This document shows, one piece after another, positions 21,422 to 33,839 of a stretch of 64,000 bases of DNA. Source of the stretch: Eledone cirrhosa (lineage: Eukaryota); NCBI GenBank assembly GCA_964016885.1, contig OZ024744.1:49662001-49726000 (forward strand), given 5' to 3'. Within the stretch, counting starts at the first letter, position 1, and every line of letters starts with the position of its first letter. Below the pieces are notes generated by a model. That model worked only from the letters and a program-made list of their open reading frames with translations. It made no database searches and had not been told where the DNA came from. A program made the position numbers and the translations under genes.

Positions 21422-24400
21422 TTTCTTTATTAATCACAAGGGTTTACATAAAGTAGACATTAAGGACAGTGCAGGACAATACAGGACGGTACAAATGGGC
21501 ATTTCTGCGTGTAAAAAACAAAAACAGAGGATGTAACAAAAAATAACAATGAAAAATTCCCCAATAGGGGGGAGACTTCCGAGGGACATTTGTGGAGAAA
21601 GCCCATTAAAAGACCACAGTGACCCTGACCACCAGGGCAAGTGCCCTCTCCCAGTTTTCCACCTTTAATTTACAGACACATACTCAGAGTATGCCCATTC
21701 ACTCGGGCCATACTTGCTTCTCTCACCCATCTTTCAACAAAATGCTGGGAAGAGAGCACTTCCCTCTCTACTCTGATTTTCCTTTTCAAATGAAATTTGA
21801 AAAAGTTAATCAGGGCATCACCGAAGAGGTAAGTGCTCGTCTTCAGCCCTTTCAAACATGTCCACCATACTATCTCTTTCGCCATGGTCACCAGACAGAT
21901 AAAAACTGTCTGCCCTTCCCGGCTAAAGGAAGAGGGCGGGGCAATCCTCACGATGGACTCAGCTGATAGCTGGATCCGTCCTACACGTGACAGCAGGTGT
22001 TCGACATAAACCCACAAGTCAGCAATGCTCGGACACTGGACGTGTGCGTGCAGGACGGTTTCGTCGCCCTACGCGCATCTCGGACATGCCCGGCTGACGG
22101 CACCTCCATGCCTGTAGAGTTTATCCCGAACTGGCAAAGCTCCTCGGTAGCACTGCCAGGCCAGGGATTTCTGGAAGTTGTCCATAGGCTCCGGCCCGAA
22201 AGTTCTTCCGAAGAGATTGATTTTCGTCGACGCCTAGAGTTTCTCCAAGTACGTCGTCGCTCTTCCCCTCCATTAATCCTCTATAGAACGCCAAGGTGGA
22301 GTTTCCACCGATCACATTGCCCGATTGGTCGAGGGCTGTGAGCTCCTGAAGACATTCCAGTCTCCAAGCGCTCCCTCTCGATCTTCGCTGGACCCAGGAC
22401 TGCAGCTCCGTCAAGGAGACAAGCTGGGGAAAGACGCGTCTAGCAAACGGCGACCACACCTGATCACCGTCGAGGAAGAGGTGGAGATGTCGTAGACTGA
22501 GCGCGTGTCTGCACATCATCAGCCACGGCATGCCCAGCCCTCCACGTAGCGGGTGTTGACAGCAGATGGACCGCCTGACCATCGGAGCGCGTCCCTTCCA
22601 CAAAAAGCGAAAGAGCAAACGCTCCAGCGCAGTCAGGCGGGGCTTAGGGCAAGGTACGACGGTCAGGCGGTAGTAGATGACGGACGCGATGTACGCGTTA
22701 GCCACCTCCGCTCGACCTTTCAAGGATAGCTTCCTCTCCGCCCATTTCTGGGTGAGAGAAGCCACCCTGCTCGTCACGTCGTCCCAGTTTTTGTCCGTCT
22801 GGAGGTCCAGACCGAACCAGACCCCTAGCAATTTAACCGGTCCGTCCGTCCAGCGCCCGATGACGCTGTTGGACGGCATGGACCTGCCTCTCCAGGTGCC
22901 GAGCTGCAGGCCCACTGACTTTTCCTGGTTCATCATTGCTGCTGTCACCGCTTCGTATTCTCTTAGTGTAGTGCCGACCGCCTCGATGTGTTTGGCGTTC
23001 GACACCACTATGGTGACATCGTCTGCATATGCTTACACGTGTCTTCCGCATCCTAGTTCGCGCGGGTCTCCCCCTCAACGTCTACAGTTTGTGCAGTAAT
23101 GACTCGAGAGTCAATACGTACAAGAGGGACGAGAGGGGACATCCTTGGGAGACCGAGCGCATGATGTTGAACGGTTCCGAAAGGTGACCGTTCACTCTCA
23201 CCACAGAGCAGAAGTCGCTGTGCATGGCAGCGATTCAGCCTCTGAAGACGGGCCCAAAGCCAGCCGCCCTCAAGACTGCCGCTAGGTAACGATGGTCGAT
23301 CCTATCGAAAGCTTTCGACTGATCTAAATTGATCAAGGACCCACCCGTGCCAAGTTCCCTAGCTACCCTCTCTACGATGTATCGCATGAGGTGGAGCTTG
23401 TCGTGGATGGATCTGTCGGGAATGGCGCATGTCTGCGCCTCTCCCACCACACCGCCAACGACAAGCGCCAACCTCTTTGCTAGCACCTTGGCCAACATCT
23501 TGAACTCTGTATTTAGCAGAGTTATGGGCCTGAAATTATCTATGTTATCTCCCTTGTTTGGATCCTTTCTCAGCAGCGCCACCGCTCCTCGGCTCACAGA
23601 GCTGGGAGTTCTCCCGTTTTGTTGCCAGTTGCAGTAGACGTCCGCCAAGAGGCCTCCGAACAAGTCTGGCGTCTGTACGTAAAGTTCATAGGGCAGACCA
23701 TCCAAACCAGGCGATTTAGCCCTTGTGCAGCCAGTCATTGCTTCCCGTACTTCAGCGGCTGTTATCGGCTTTTCGCAACACTCCGCCTCTGTGGCCGGGA
23801 GCCGCGGCAGTCCGTCGATGTAGACACTAAAGTCCATACCTCGACCCGGCCCCCGAACAGCTGAGCGAAGTGTCGCTGAAAAGCTTCACACATTTGCCCG
23901 GGATCGAGTAGCATGCGCTCGTCGTGGTCCACCAAAGACCGGATCGTGGCTTTGTTGCCACGACGCGCCTCCGCCACTCGGGCCCACTGAACGGCTTTCG
24001 TCCCCTCGTATCTGAGAGCACGCACCCTAGCTCTGACAACGCAGCCTTCGTGCTTTGCATTGAAGAATTTGTCAAGGGCCAATTTCGCCTCAAGTACGTC
24101 GGTCGCGATGCCTTTGCTAAGCGCCTCGTCTAATTTTCTAACTAATTCTCATTCTGCTCTATTTTTCTGTATTGCTAAAGCTTTACTAAACCTAATGGAC
24201 TCTATTCTAATCGCTCTTTTCAGAGAAAACCACCACTTGTTGTTGACGATGGCCCCCATCAACGCCCGTTTAACTAGTTCGCTAATCCGGTCTCTGTAGG
24301 CCTTGCGCGCTGGTAAGGACGCGTTTAGCTTCCAGTAGCCGGGTCCTCGTCTATGAAGCCTATCTAAGTCAAGCACACAGATCACGAATTTGTGGGCCGT

Positions 24401-27137
24401 GTAGCTGACTATCTTGAATTGTGGACAGCCTATGCTAGACCTATCTATTTCCCTACAAAATACTCTATCTAGATATGATCTGGATGACCCTATGCGGTTT
24501 GTCCAAGTCCACATTGGCACATTCGGGAAATCCAATCGGTACCTGTCAGACAGTTCAAAATGCCTGAGCAGGTTGGTGAAACTCTTGCACCCTCCACCCC
24601 TATCCGCTAATCCCACACAGTCCCAGCGTGCATCTAAGATACCGTTCCAGTCGCCCACTAACACTAAAGAGCGGGACGTTCCAAGAAAGGTCTCCAGACG
24701 CCGGAAGAAATCAGGCCGCCCTGCTCCGGTCGGGGCATAGACGGCTACTAGCCTGAAAGCTTGCCCGTCTCCGCAGGTCACGTCCAGCACCACCAACTTA
24801 CCTTCTGGGTCCAGGAAGATGGCCCGTATGGCGAGATCCAAACCTCTCCGAAAAAGCACAGCAACTCCACCCCCGATCCAGGACGGCTGGGAGATGCGTA
24901 CACATCGTAGCCGCCGAAGATCGGTGCGAAGGCCTGTGCTTCGGAGATTCTGGTCTCGCTGATGGCCACTACATCTATGTTTAATGACCTGAGGTCGTTG
25001 AGCAGGTGGCCCTGCTTCTATGACGACCCCAAGCCACGCGCATTTATGCTGCCTATTCTGAGTGAGGTCATGTTGAAATGGAGTGGAAAGGTGGGAAGAC
25101 CACTTACCTTACTTCTCGTAGAGGAAGGATGGTTTCTCCATCCTTTTCACTGCTTGTGGACTCCTCCGGAAGGATGTCCTTATAAATCCTCCTGGAGAGT
25201 GTTTGTCGGAAGTCTCCGATGTATTTGGGGAATATTTGTTTTAGTGTCGTGTACGTTTTCTGTGTGATGCGAGTGATTTGTATGTCTGGAGGCGGTGTGA
25301 ACTTTTGGGTTGTTGTGTAGTCTTTTTCTGTGATGTTGGTGTTGTGTTGGATGTAGTGTAATAATTGGTTGTTGTTCAAATTTAATGCTGTGTAGTGTGT
25401 ATTGTTTTGGTTGTTTTGTTTTGTTTGCGTTTGTTGTGGGTTTCTTTCTGTTTCGCTTTTTGGTGACTTTTGTGGTGTTGGTGATGGTGGTGTTGCGGTT
25501 AATGAGGGTTATGGTGTTGGTGTTTGTGGTGATGGGGTTAGTGATGCTGGTGCGGATGGTGGCATAGCTGTCCTAACTTTCTTGTTTGATAGTTTATTTG
25601 TTTCCCTCTGTATTTTGTTTTTGGAGGGGGAAGGAAGAGGATTTTTTTCTTTTTTGGTTTCTTTTTCTTTTCTTTTTTTTTTCCTGATACCGTTTCCCAC
25701 TCCTCGTCGTCACAATCTGTTTCCAGTTACGATAGGTCGGGTTTTGGTTGTGGCGTGGTGGATGGTGTAGGCGCCGGTGCTAGTTCTGGCGCGTTGGGTG
25801 GTGGTGGTGTTGGTTTTGCTACTGTTGCTGGGGTTGTTGCTGTTACAGTTGCTTCTGTTGTTGCTGCCATCTCTGCTACTGGTGGTGTTGATCGTTGAGT
25901 CACTGGGGTGGGTAGGAGAGGTGGCCTCATCCTTTTAGCCTGAGGGCAGAAAGCCCTTAGGTGGGTTCCTTCACCACAAACGACACACCTAGGCCTTCTG
26001 CCCTCGACAATTACGGTGAGGTGGCTGCCGTCAGTGAGGTCTATTACCTCTGGGATCTCCTCAATGCTTTTTTGGTCCGCTTGGATCAGGAGCTCCATCC
26101 CAGATCCGGACCAGTTCTCCTGCTTTTCTTTCGCTATTTCGATTATCTTGGTGTTGGCCTCGATGCCGGTAAGGACGGCAGATATTAGCCAGGGAATTTC
26201 GATGGCCGGTGGAACGTGGGTCACCCTGATCTTCACGAGTCTCTGGTCACAATAGCTTGGGCCGAGTGTGAAGTCGTCACTTCTTAATGGGGCCAAGGAG
26301 TGTTCTCTGGCCTCCTGTGGTGTTCCAAAGAACACGTCCACGGTTCCATATTTATGCCCACATCTGATGTGGGTTTTTTTTGCCCACACATGTCCCAAAG
26401 CTTTTTGTATTTGGGACTCGGATGCCCGTTCCACTCGGCGCGATTTTATGTTAATCGTCCGATAAAACACGGGGCATAGGCGCCGATGCTCCATTTTATT
26501 AGGTGGGGCGTGAGGCTGACTCTGTACCCATCTTTCTTTACCATTCTCTTGGCTTCATCTAATTTCTCCTGAGTTACCTGGATTGCTTCGCACTTTTTTA
26601 CTACTCTGGCAAAAGACAGGGTGGTTTTCTTATTCTCATTGTTGTTGTTGCTGTTGTTGTTATCGTTATTTTTGTTATTGTTATTTTTAGTTTCAGTTGT
26701 GGTGGTGGTGGTGGCGTCAGTGGTGTTCGGTGTGGAAGAGTCCATTCTAGGTGAATCCATTTCGATGTCACGATATAATTTATTTTTTTCTTTTGTTTCT
26801 GTTGTCGCTGTGGTGAGGGTGGGGGTGTCGGCTTCAACACCTGCAGTCATTGGTAATGGCGGGAAATGAATGTCTGCATGAGACAAATTTAAATTATTGC
26901 TACTGTTTATATTTTTAGTGTTGGCAAACGTAGTAATATTTACAATGGTGGTGTCGGTGTGAGGTGTTAGTTTGTGAGGAAGGTGTGACTGTGAGTCGTC
27001 CATGATTTTTTTCAAAGAAATATTTTTTTGTTTGATAATTATAAAAGTTTAATTTTGGTCTCAAGCCCCAATCTTTTTGAGTGTCCTTTTCCGAAAGCAA
27101 ATTTTGTGACCTTATAAATAGTTAACAACAAAAATTT
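21420..27137 (-). mobile_element. Tx1 copy 4 (ORF2 25071-21670; ORF1 ~27003-25104); 5' end continues at 28185-28476
   Basis: APE and RT motifs; CVVCGEGTHLRAFC; (att)n tail. Confidence 0.92.
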
Positions 27138-27344
27138 GTGGTGGTGGTGGCGTCAGATGGCCTTGAGAAAAAGCACCCACACTGTAAATGTGGTTGGGTT
27201 TCTGTATGAGCAAGACATGATCACTTGACCTGACTTGTCTCATAATGTGACCTGACAAACCCATGCAAACATGAAAAATATGTGTTAAATGGTGATAATG
27301 ATGTTAATATAGCCAAGTCATTCCAATTATGTTTTTACATTCAG

Positions 27345-27442
27345 GTTCTATAACTGCGTTTGGAGAGAATAAAGAAGCAATATGGCATGCATTTGTCGAC
27401 TATAACATTGAAGCCAAGGTTATTGATTGTAATGAATTATAT
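27345..27442 (+). CDS. Candidate host-gene exon, product unknown
   Basis: tttttacattcag| acceptor and |gtaagt donor. 98 nt open as (G)SITAFGENKEAIWHAFVDYNIEAKVIDCNELY. Confidence 0.45.
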
Positions 27443-27747
27443 GTAAGTCATTGTAAACCCTTTTGATATTAACCCCCTGAAATCTCTTCTGGTTCTGTCA
27501 GTTTTCAAATATTTAAATTTTAATTAAAACCTTGTTTATAATTTCATGTTAAAACCAAATGTTATGTTCTAAATGCCAGCTTTAGCATGAAAAAGGTATT
27601 TTTCAAAATCCTTCCAAATTCTTGATTATTTAAAAGGTTAATTGAAACATTTCGGCAGTGTATATCATTAGAAATACAGTTATTAAAAGATTAACGTTTT
27701 TCTTGAATTAGTAACATTTTCACTGAAACATTATCCATTATTGACAG

Positions 27748-27793
27748 GTCTCCTGGCACCTTATGGCACAGTTTCTTCCTTCAGACCTAACCA
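27748..27793 (+). CDS. Possible following exon (VSWHLMAQFLPSDLT)
   Basis: ttattgacag| acceptor in phase with the previous exon; weak donor. Confidence 0.2.
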
Positions 27794-27899
27794 GTAAAAA
27801 AAAAAAGAATTCACTTATCTATTTTAGTCTTTTTACCATTGGCAAATACACAAAATAAAAATTTAGGTCCAGAGATCTAAGACTATGACCAGGTGTGAA

Positions 27900-28184
27900 T
27901 TCCTGGTGTCTGTTGGTTCATTTTATATAAGAAGAGTTGGGTCAGGGCAAGTACTCAGTTGATGGGCAGAAGAAACGTTTCAAAGACAGTCTAAAAGTGT
28001 TCCTCTAAGTCTTCAACATTAATCCCAGTAGCTGGGAATAACTTCTCTAGATCACCCAACTTGGCAGTAGCATGTACAGCAGAAACTAAATGCATCGCAG
28101 AGGCTCAGAGGAAGTGCTCCACTGTAACACTTACCTACATGTGGACGTGGCCCAGATTGGTCTTACCTGTCACCTCTGGACCCA
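27900..28184 (+). pseudogene. Degenerate RTE/BovB-like 3' fragment
   Basis: GQKKRFKDSLKV..NINPSSWE..TCGR..IGL. Confidence 0.6.
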
Positions 28185-28476
28185 GTTGGCAAACGTAGTA
28201 ATATTTACAATGGTGGTGTCGGTGGGAGGTGTTAGTTTGTGAGGAAGGTGTGACTGTGAGTCGTCCATGATTTTTTTCAAAGAAATATTTTTTTGTTTGA
28301 TAATTATAAAAGTTTAAATTTTGGGCTCAAGGCCCCAATCTTTTTGAGTGTCCTATTTTGTGACCTTATAAATAGTTAACAACAAAAATTTTCCATAAAT
28401 GGCAATTTTAAACAAACGAAAACAACAAACCTTTGCGGAGCTCACGATGATACGATTTCCTACGTAGGTCGCCAAA
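28185..28476 (-). mobile_element. Tx1 5' end, partly duplicating 26920-27137
   Basis: ~210 bp near-identical to 26920-27137, then extends to (att)n. Confidence 0.8.
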
Positions 28477-28521
<45 letters not shown>

Positions 28522-28523
<2 letters not shown>

Positions 28524-31500
28524 TTTCTTTATTTGCCACAAGGACTGACATCAAGAAAAACATTACAGACGGCACGGGACGCTACAGGACGGTATGATGT
28601 GTGTTTTGTGCGTGTAAATATTTTTATTATTTATATAAAAAAAAAGAAAAAAAACACATAGAAACATATATATATATAAACAATAAGAATGAAAATTGAA
28701 ACAATGAAAAATTCTCCACTTGGGGGAAACCACCGAGGGTTACTCGTGGCGAAAACCACCCAAAAGACCACGGCCACCCTGACCACCAGGGCAAGCGCCC
28801 TCTCTCAATTTTTCCATTTCTCAAACTACAGACGTATATTCAGAGTGGTCCCGTTCACTCGGACCATTCTCGCTACATTCACCCACCTTTCAACAAACTT
28901 GCTAGAAGGCAGCACTTGCCTCTTTCACCCTGATTTTCCTCTTCAAGTGAAACTTGAAAAGGTTAATTAGGGATTCGCCGAAGAGGTAAGTGTCTGTCTT
29001 TAACCCTTTCAACCTTGTCCACTACACAATCTCTTTCGGCATGGCCACCAGGCAGATGAAAACCGCCTGCCCTTCCTCCTCAAAGGAAGACGGCGAGATC
29101 ATCTGCACAATGGACTCAGTCGACAACCGGATCAGTCCTACACGTGATAGCAACTGTTCGACATAGATCCACAAGTCAGCAATGCTCGGGCACTGAACGA
29201 GTGCGTGCACGACGGTTTCGTCGCTCTGCACGCATCTCGGACAGGCTCGGCTGACGGCACTTCCGTGCCTGTAGAGCTTATCTCGAAGCGTCAGCGCTCC
29301 CAGGTAGCACCGCCAGGCCAGGGATCTTTGGAAGTTATCCATAGGCCCTGGGCTGAAAGTTATGGGGAAGAGAGCAAACAGCTGATCTTCTTCGACGCCC
29401 AGGATCTCTCCGAGAACGTCGTCGCTCTTCCCCTCCATTAGTCCTCTATAGAAAGCCGAGGTGGATGTTCCACCGATACTGGTGCCCAGCTGGCAGAGGG
29501 CAGAGGGCGCCTGGAGACATTCCAGTTTCCAAGCGCTATCCCTCGGTCTTTTTCTGACCCAGGACTGTAGCTCCGTCAAGGAGACGAGCTGTGGGAAAAT
29601 GTGCCTGGAGAACGGCGACCACACCTGTTCACCGTCAAGGAAGCACCAGATATGTCGCAGCCTCAGCACATGTTTGCGCATCATCAGCCATGGCATGCCC
29701 AGTCCTCCACACAACGGGTGTTGACAGCAGATGGATCGTCTGACCATGGGAGCGCGTCCCTTCCACAAAAAGCGGAAGAGAAGGTGCTCCATTTTGATGA
29801 GAGTTGGGCCGGGGCAAGGGACGACGGTGAGGCGGTAGCAGATGACGGATGCGATGTACGCATTCGCCACCTCCGCCCGGCCTTTCAGGGACAGCTTCCT
29901 CTCGGCCCATTTCTGGGTGAGGGAGGCCACCTTGCTCGTCACCGCGTTCCAGTTTTTCTCCATCTGTAGGTCCGGTCCGAACCAGATCCCGAGCAATTTA
30001 ACCGGTCCGTCCAACGCCCCACGACGTTGTTGGACGGCATGGACTTGCCTCTCCAGGTGCCGAGCTGCAAGCCCACCGACTTTTCCTGGTTCATCTTTGC
30101 TCCTGTCACCGCTTCGTATTCCTTGAGAGCGGTGCCGAGCATCTGGACGTGTCTGGTGCTCGACACCACCACGGTGACGTCGACGATGTAAGCCGACTCG
30201 GATTTCCCGTATCCTAGTTCGCGTGGGACGCCCCCCATCACCCCCATTTTGTGCAGTAACTGCTCGAGAGCCAATACGTACAAGAGGGACGAGAGGGGAC
30301 AACCCTGGCGGACTGGGCGCATGATGCTGAACGGCTACGACAGGTGACCGTTCACCCTCACAATTGAGCAGATGTCGCTGTACATCGCAGCGATCCAACC
30401 CCTGAAAACGGGCCCGAAACCGGCTGCCTCGCGGACCGTCGACAGGTACCGATGGTCGACCCTATCGAATGCTTCTGTTGATCCAAGTTGATCAGGGCCC
30501 CACCCGTGCCAGGTTCCTTTACCACCCTCTCTACGATGTATCTGTCCGGAATGGCGCATGTCTGCGCCTCTCCCACCAGACCCTTGACGACAAGCGCCAA
30601 CCTCGTTGCTAACACCTTGGCCAAAATCTTGAACTCTGCGTTTAGCAGGGTTATGGGCCTGAAATTATCGATAACATCCCCCTTGTACGGGTCTTTTCTC
30701 AGCAGCGGCACCGCTCCCCGGCTCACAAAACTGGGAATGCTCCCGTTCTGCAGCCAGTTGCAGTAGACGTCTGCCAAGAGGTCACCGAACAAGTCTGGCA
30801 TAAATGCATAAAGCTCGTAGGGCAGACCATCTAAACCTGGCGATTTACCCCTCATGCAGTTAGTCATCGCTTCCCATATTTCACCGGCTGTTATTGGCTT
30901 TTCGCAACACTGTGCTTCGGTCGTCGAGAGCCGAGGCAGTCCGTCGAGGTGTGCACTGAAGTCCATACCCCAATCCGGCCCGCCGCTGCTCCCGAACAGT
31001 TCAGCGAAGTGCTGCTCGGGATCGAGCAACACGCGCCCGTTTTGGTCAGATAAAGACCGAATTGTGGCTTTGTTTCCATGTCGCGCCTCTACCACCCGGG
31101 CCCATTGGACGGCTTTTGTCCCCTCGTATTTCAGAGCACGCGCTCTAGCTCTGACAACGCTGCCTTCGTGTTTTGCGTTAAAGAATTGGTCGAGTGCCAA
31201 TCTCGCAGCAAGCACGTCGGTTGCGATGCCTGTCCTAAACACCTCTTCTAGCTTTCTGACTAGCTCTCCCTCTACTCTATTTTCCTCTATCACTAGTCCT
31301 TTGCTAAACCTAATCAACTCTACTTTAATTGCCCTTTTCAGGGCGAACTACCACCTGTTGTTGACGACCGCTGCCGTCAACGCCCGCTTAACTAATACGC
31401 TAATCCGGTCTCTGTAGGCTTTGCGCGTGGGGAAAGATGCGTTCAGCTTCCAGTAACCGGGTCCTTGTCTATGAAGTCTGTCTATGTCGATCTCACAGAT

Positions 31501-33521
31501 CACAAATTTGTGGTCTGTGTAGTGGACTATTTTAAATTGTAGACAACTTATACTAGCCTTATTTAGTTCTCTGCAGAATACCCTATCGAGATACGATCTG
31601 GATGATCCGATGCGGTTTGTCCATGTCCACATTGGCACATTCGGGTGATCCAGTCGATACCTGTCAGACAGTTCAAAACGTCTGACCAGGTTGGTGAGGC
31701 TCTTGCACCCTCCTCCCTATCCACTAGCCCCACACAATCCCAGCGTGCATCCAAGATACCGTTCCAGTCGTCCACTACCACTAAAGAGTGGGACGTTCCA
31801 AGAAAGGTCTCTAGACGTCTGAAGAAATCTGGCCGTCCTGTTCCTGTCGGGGCACAGACGGCTACTAGCCTGAAAGCATTGCCTTCGGTGCCGCTTACGT
31901 CCAACACCACCGACTTACCTTCTGGGTCCAGGAAGATGGTCTGTATGGCGAGACCCAAGGTTTTTCCGAAACAACACAGTCACTCCTCCCCCCCGCTCCC
32001 GGACGGCTCGGAGATGCGTACACCTAGTAACCGTCGAAGATCGGTGCGAAAGCTTGCGTTTCGGAGATTCTCGCTGATGGCCACCAGCGTTGAATCGTCC
32101 CTTCGGCTGGCCGTCGGCTCTTCTGTAAGTATATCCGAGTATACTCTCCGGTTAAGTGTCCCTCCTAGGTCTCTGAAATCACCAATTGCGTTGGGGAATT
32201 TCATTTTAATGTTTGTGTATTATTTCTGAGATATTCTTACCAGTCTTATGTTCGTTGGTATTTTGATTGGTGCTGGTATTATGTAGTCGTGCTGTGAAAT
32301 GTCTGTGTGTTCAGTTATGTAAGTCATTAGTTTCTTCTTGTGTGTATTTATTGCTGTGCATTTCTTTTTCTGGGGGTGGGGTGTGATTCTGCTATTTTCT
32401 TGTCGTTGTTGCTGGGTGAGTGTGTTTTGTTGTTGTGTTTGCGATGTTGGTGCTTGTGGTGGTGTTGTTGTTGTTGGCGGTGGGGTTGTCGCCGATGGTG
32501 ATGGTGTTGGGGGTGTTGCTGCTGTAAGTCTCTTTGCAGTAGCCTTCACCTTTTTTTTCCATTTCTTCCCTCCCTTTTCGAAGGCGACGATGTGCTGCTT
32601 CTGCGTTTGTGCCTTCTTGCGACCTTTTGCCATCCCTCCCCCACCTCACACTCCATGTCCGATTATGTGAAGACGGGGAGGGACACCAGCTCCACTCTTT
32701 TAGTTATTCTTGTTGGTGATGGTTGCAGTGGAGTCTCTGTTGCAGCTGCAGTTGGTATTACTGTTGTTGTTATTAATACCAACTGCTGCTGCTGTTCTTG
32801 ATTTCCGTGGCTTGGGTATGGGTGCCACGGACCTATCCTTCCTGCTTGCCGCCTGTCCTGTTGCTGGTAGTAGTGGAGCCGGTTTCGGAAGGAGGGGGGT
32901 TTTCTCCTTTCTCAGGGTCTTCTCATTGCAGAAGACCCTGAGGTGAGTCTTCGACTCACAGCGAAAGTATTTCGGCCGTTTGCTCTCAACATTTACGGGA
33001 AGTTGAGTGCCGTTATCGAAGTCTATCACATCCGGGATAGCTTCGATGCACTCCTGGTTGGTTTGACCGAATCTTCTCGTACTTTTTTCTGTACTTGCAG
33101 TACGGTTGTGTTGTTTTGTCCTCGATTCCGACGAGGACAGACGCGGCCAGCCAAGAAGGAGCCATCCCGGGGGGGGGGGGGGGGCTTGGGTCAGTTTGAC
33201 TCTCACAAATTTTTGCCCGCAGTAGGGGGGCACCAACACCATTTCCTCGCTCCTTAGAGTTACTAAGGATTGAGCCTTTGCTTCATGGGGTGTGGCAAAA
33301 AGCACGTCCACTATTTCTTACCTAAGGTGATATGCGTTTTCCGCTGCCACACAGAACCTAATCGACTCTACTTTAATTGCCCCTTTCAGGGCAAACCACG
33401 GCCTGTTGTTGACGACCGCTCCCGTCAACGCCCGCTTAACTGATACGCTAATCCGGTCTATGTAGGCTTTGCGCGCCGGGAAAGACGCGCTTAGCTTCCA
33501 GTAACCGGGTCCTTGTCTATG
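28522..33521 (-). mobile_element. Tx1 copy 5, with an ORF1/ORF2 junction deletion and an extra ORF2 fragment at 33354-33521
   Basis: ORF2 and 3' UTR very close to copy 2. GPGYWKL segment repeated at 33354-33521. Confidence 0.9.
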
Positions 33522-33529
33522 AATAATAA

Positions 33530-33577
<48 letters not shown>

Positions 33578-33839
33578 GAAAATAAGAATAGATATGGGAG
33601 GGGGCAAAGGGAAAAGGGAAAAGGGAAAGTGAGAAATGAAGCAGGAAAGAAAGAGATAAAGGATGAGAGAAAGGGAAGGAAAAGGTCTTTAGTAGAGGTT
33701 TCCTTGGAGTTATAGTTTTTTCTTTTATCTTGTGATGTGATATCTGTGCGCGTGCGCGCGCGCGTGTGTGTGGTTGTAAGTGTTTGCATACAGGTGTGTG
33801 TAAATTGGTTATTCCCATCCATAGATCACTATATGGGGG

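Noticed and set aside
10407-30126. Recurrent antisense ORFs (MTDAMYAFATS.., MIRAPP..) opposite Tx1 ORF2
   Set aside because: Expected shadows of a GC-rich coding strand repeated in each copy; lengths vary and most starts are non-ATG.
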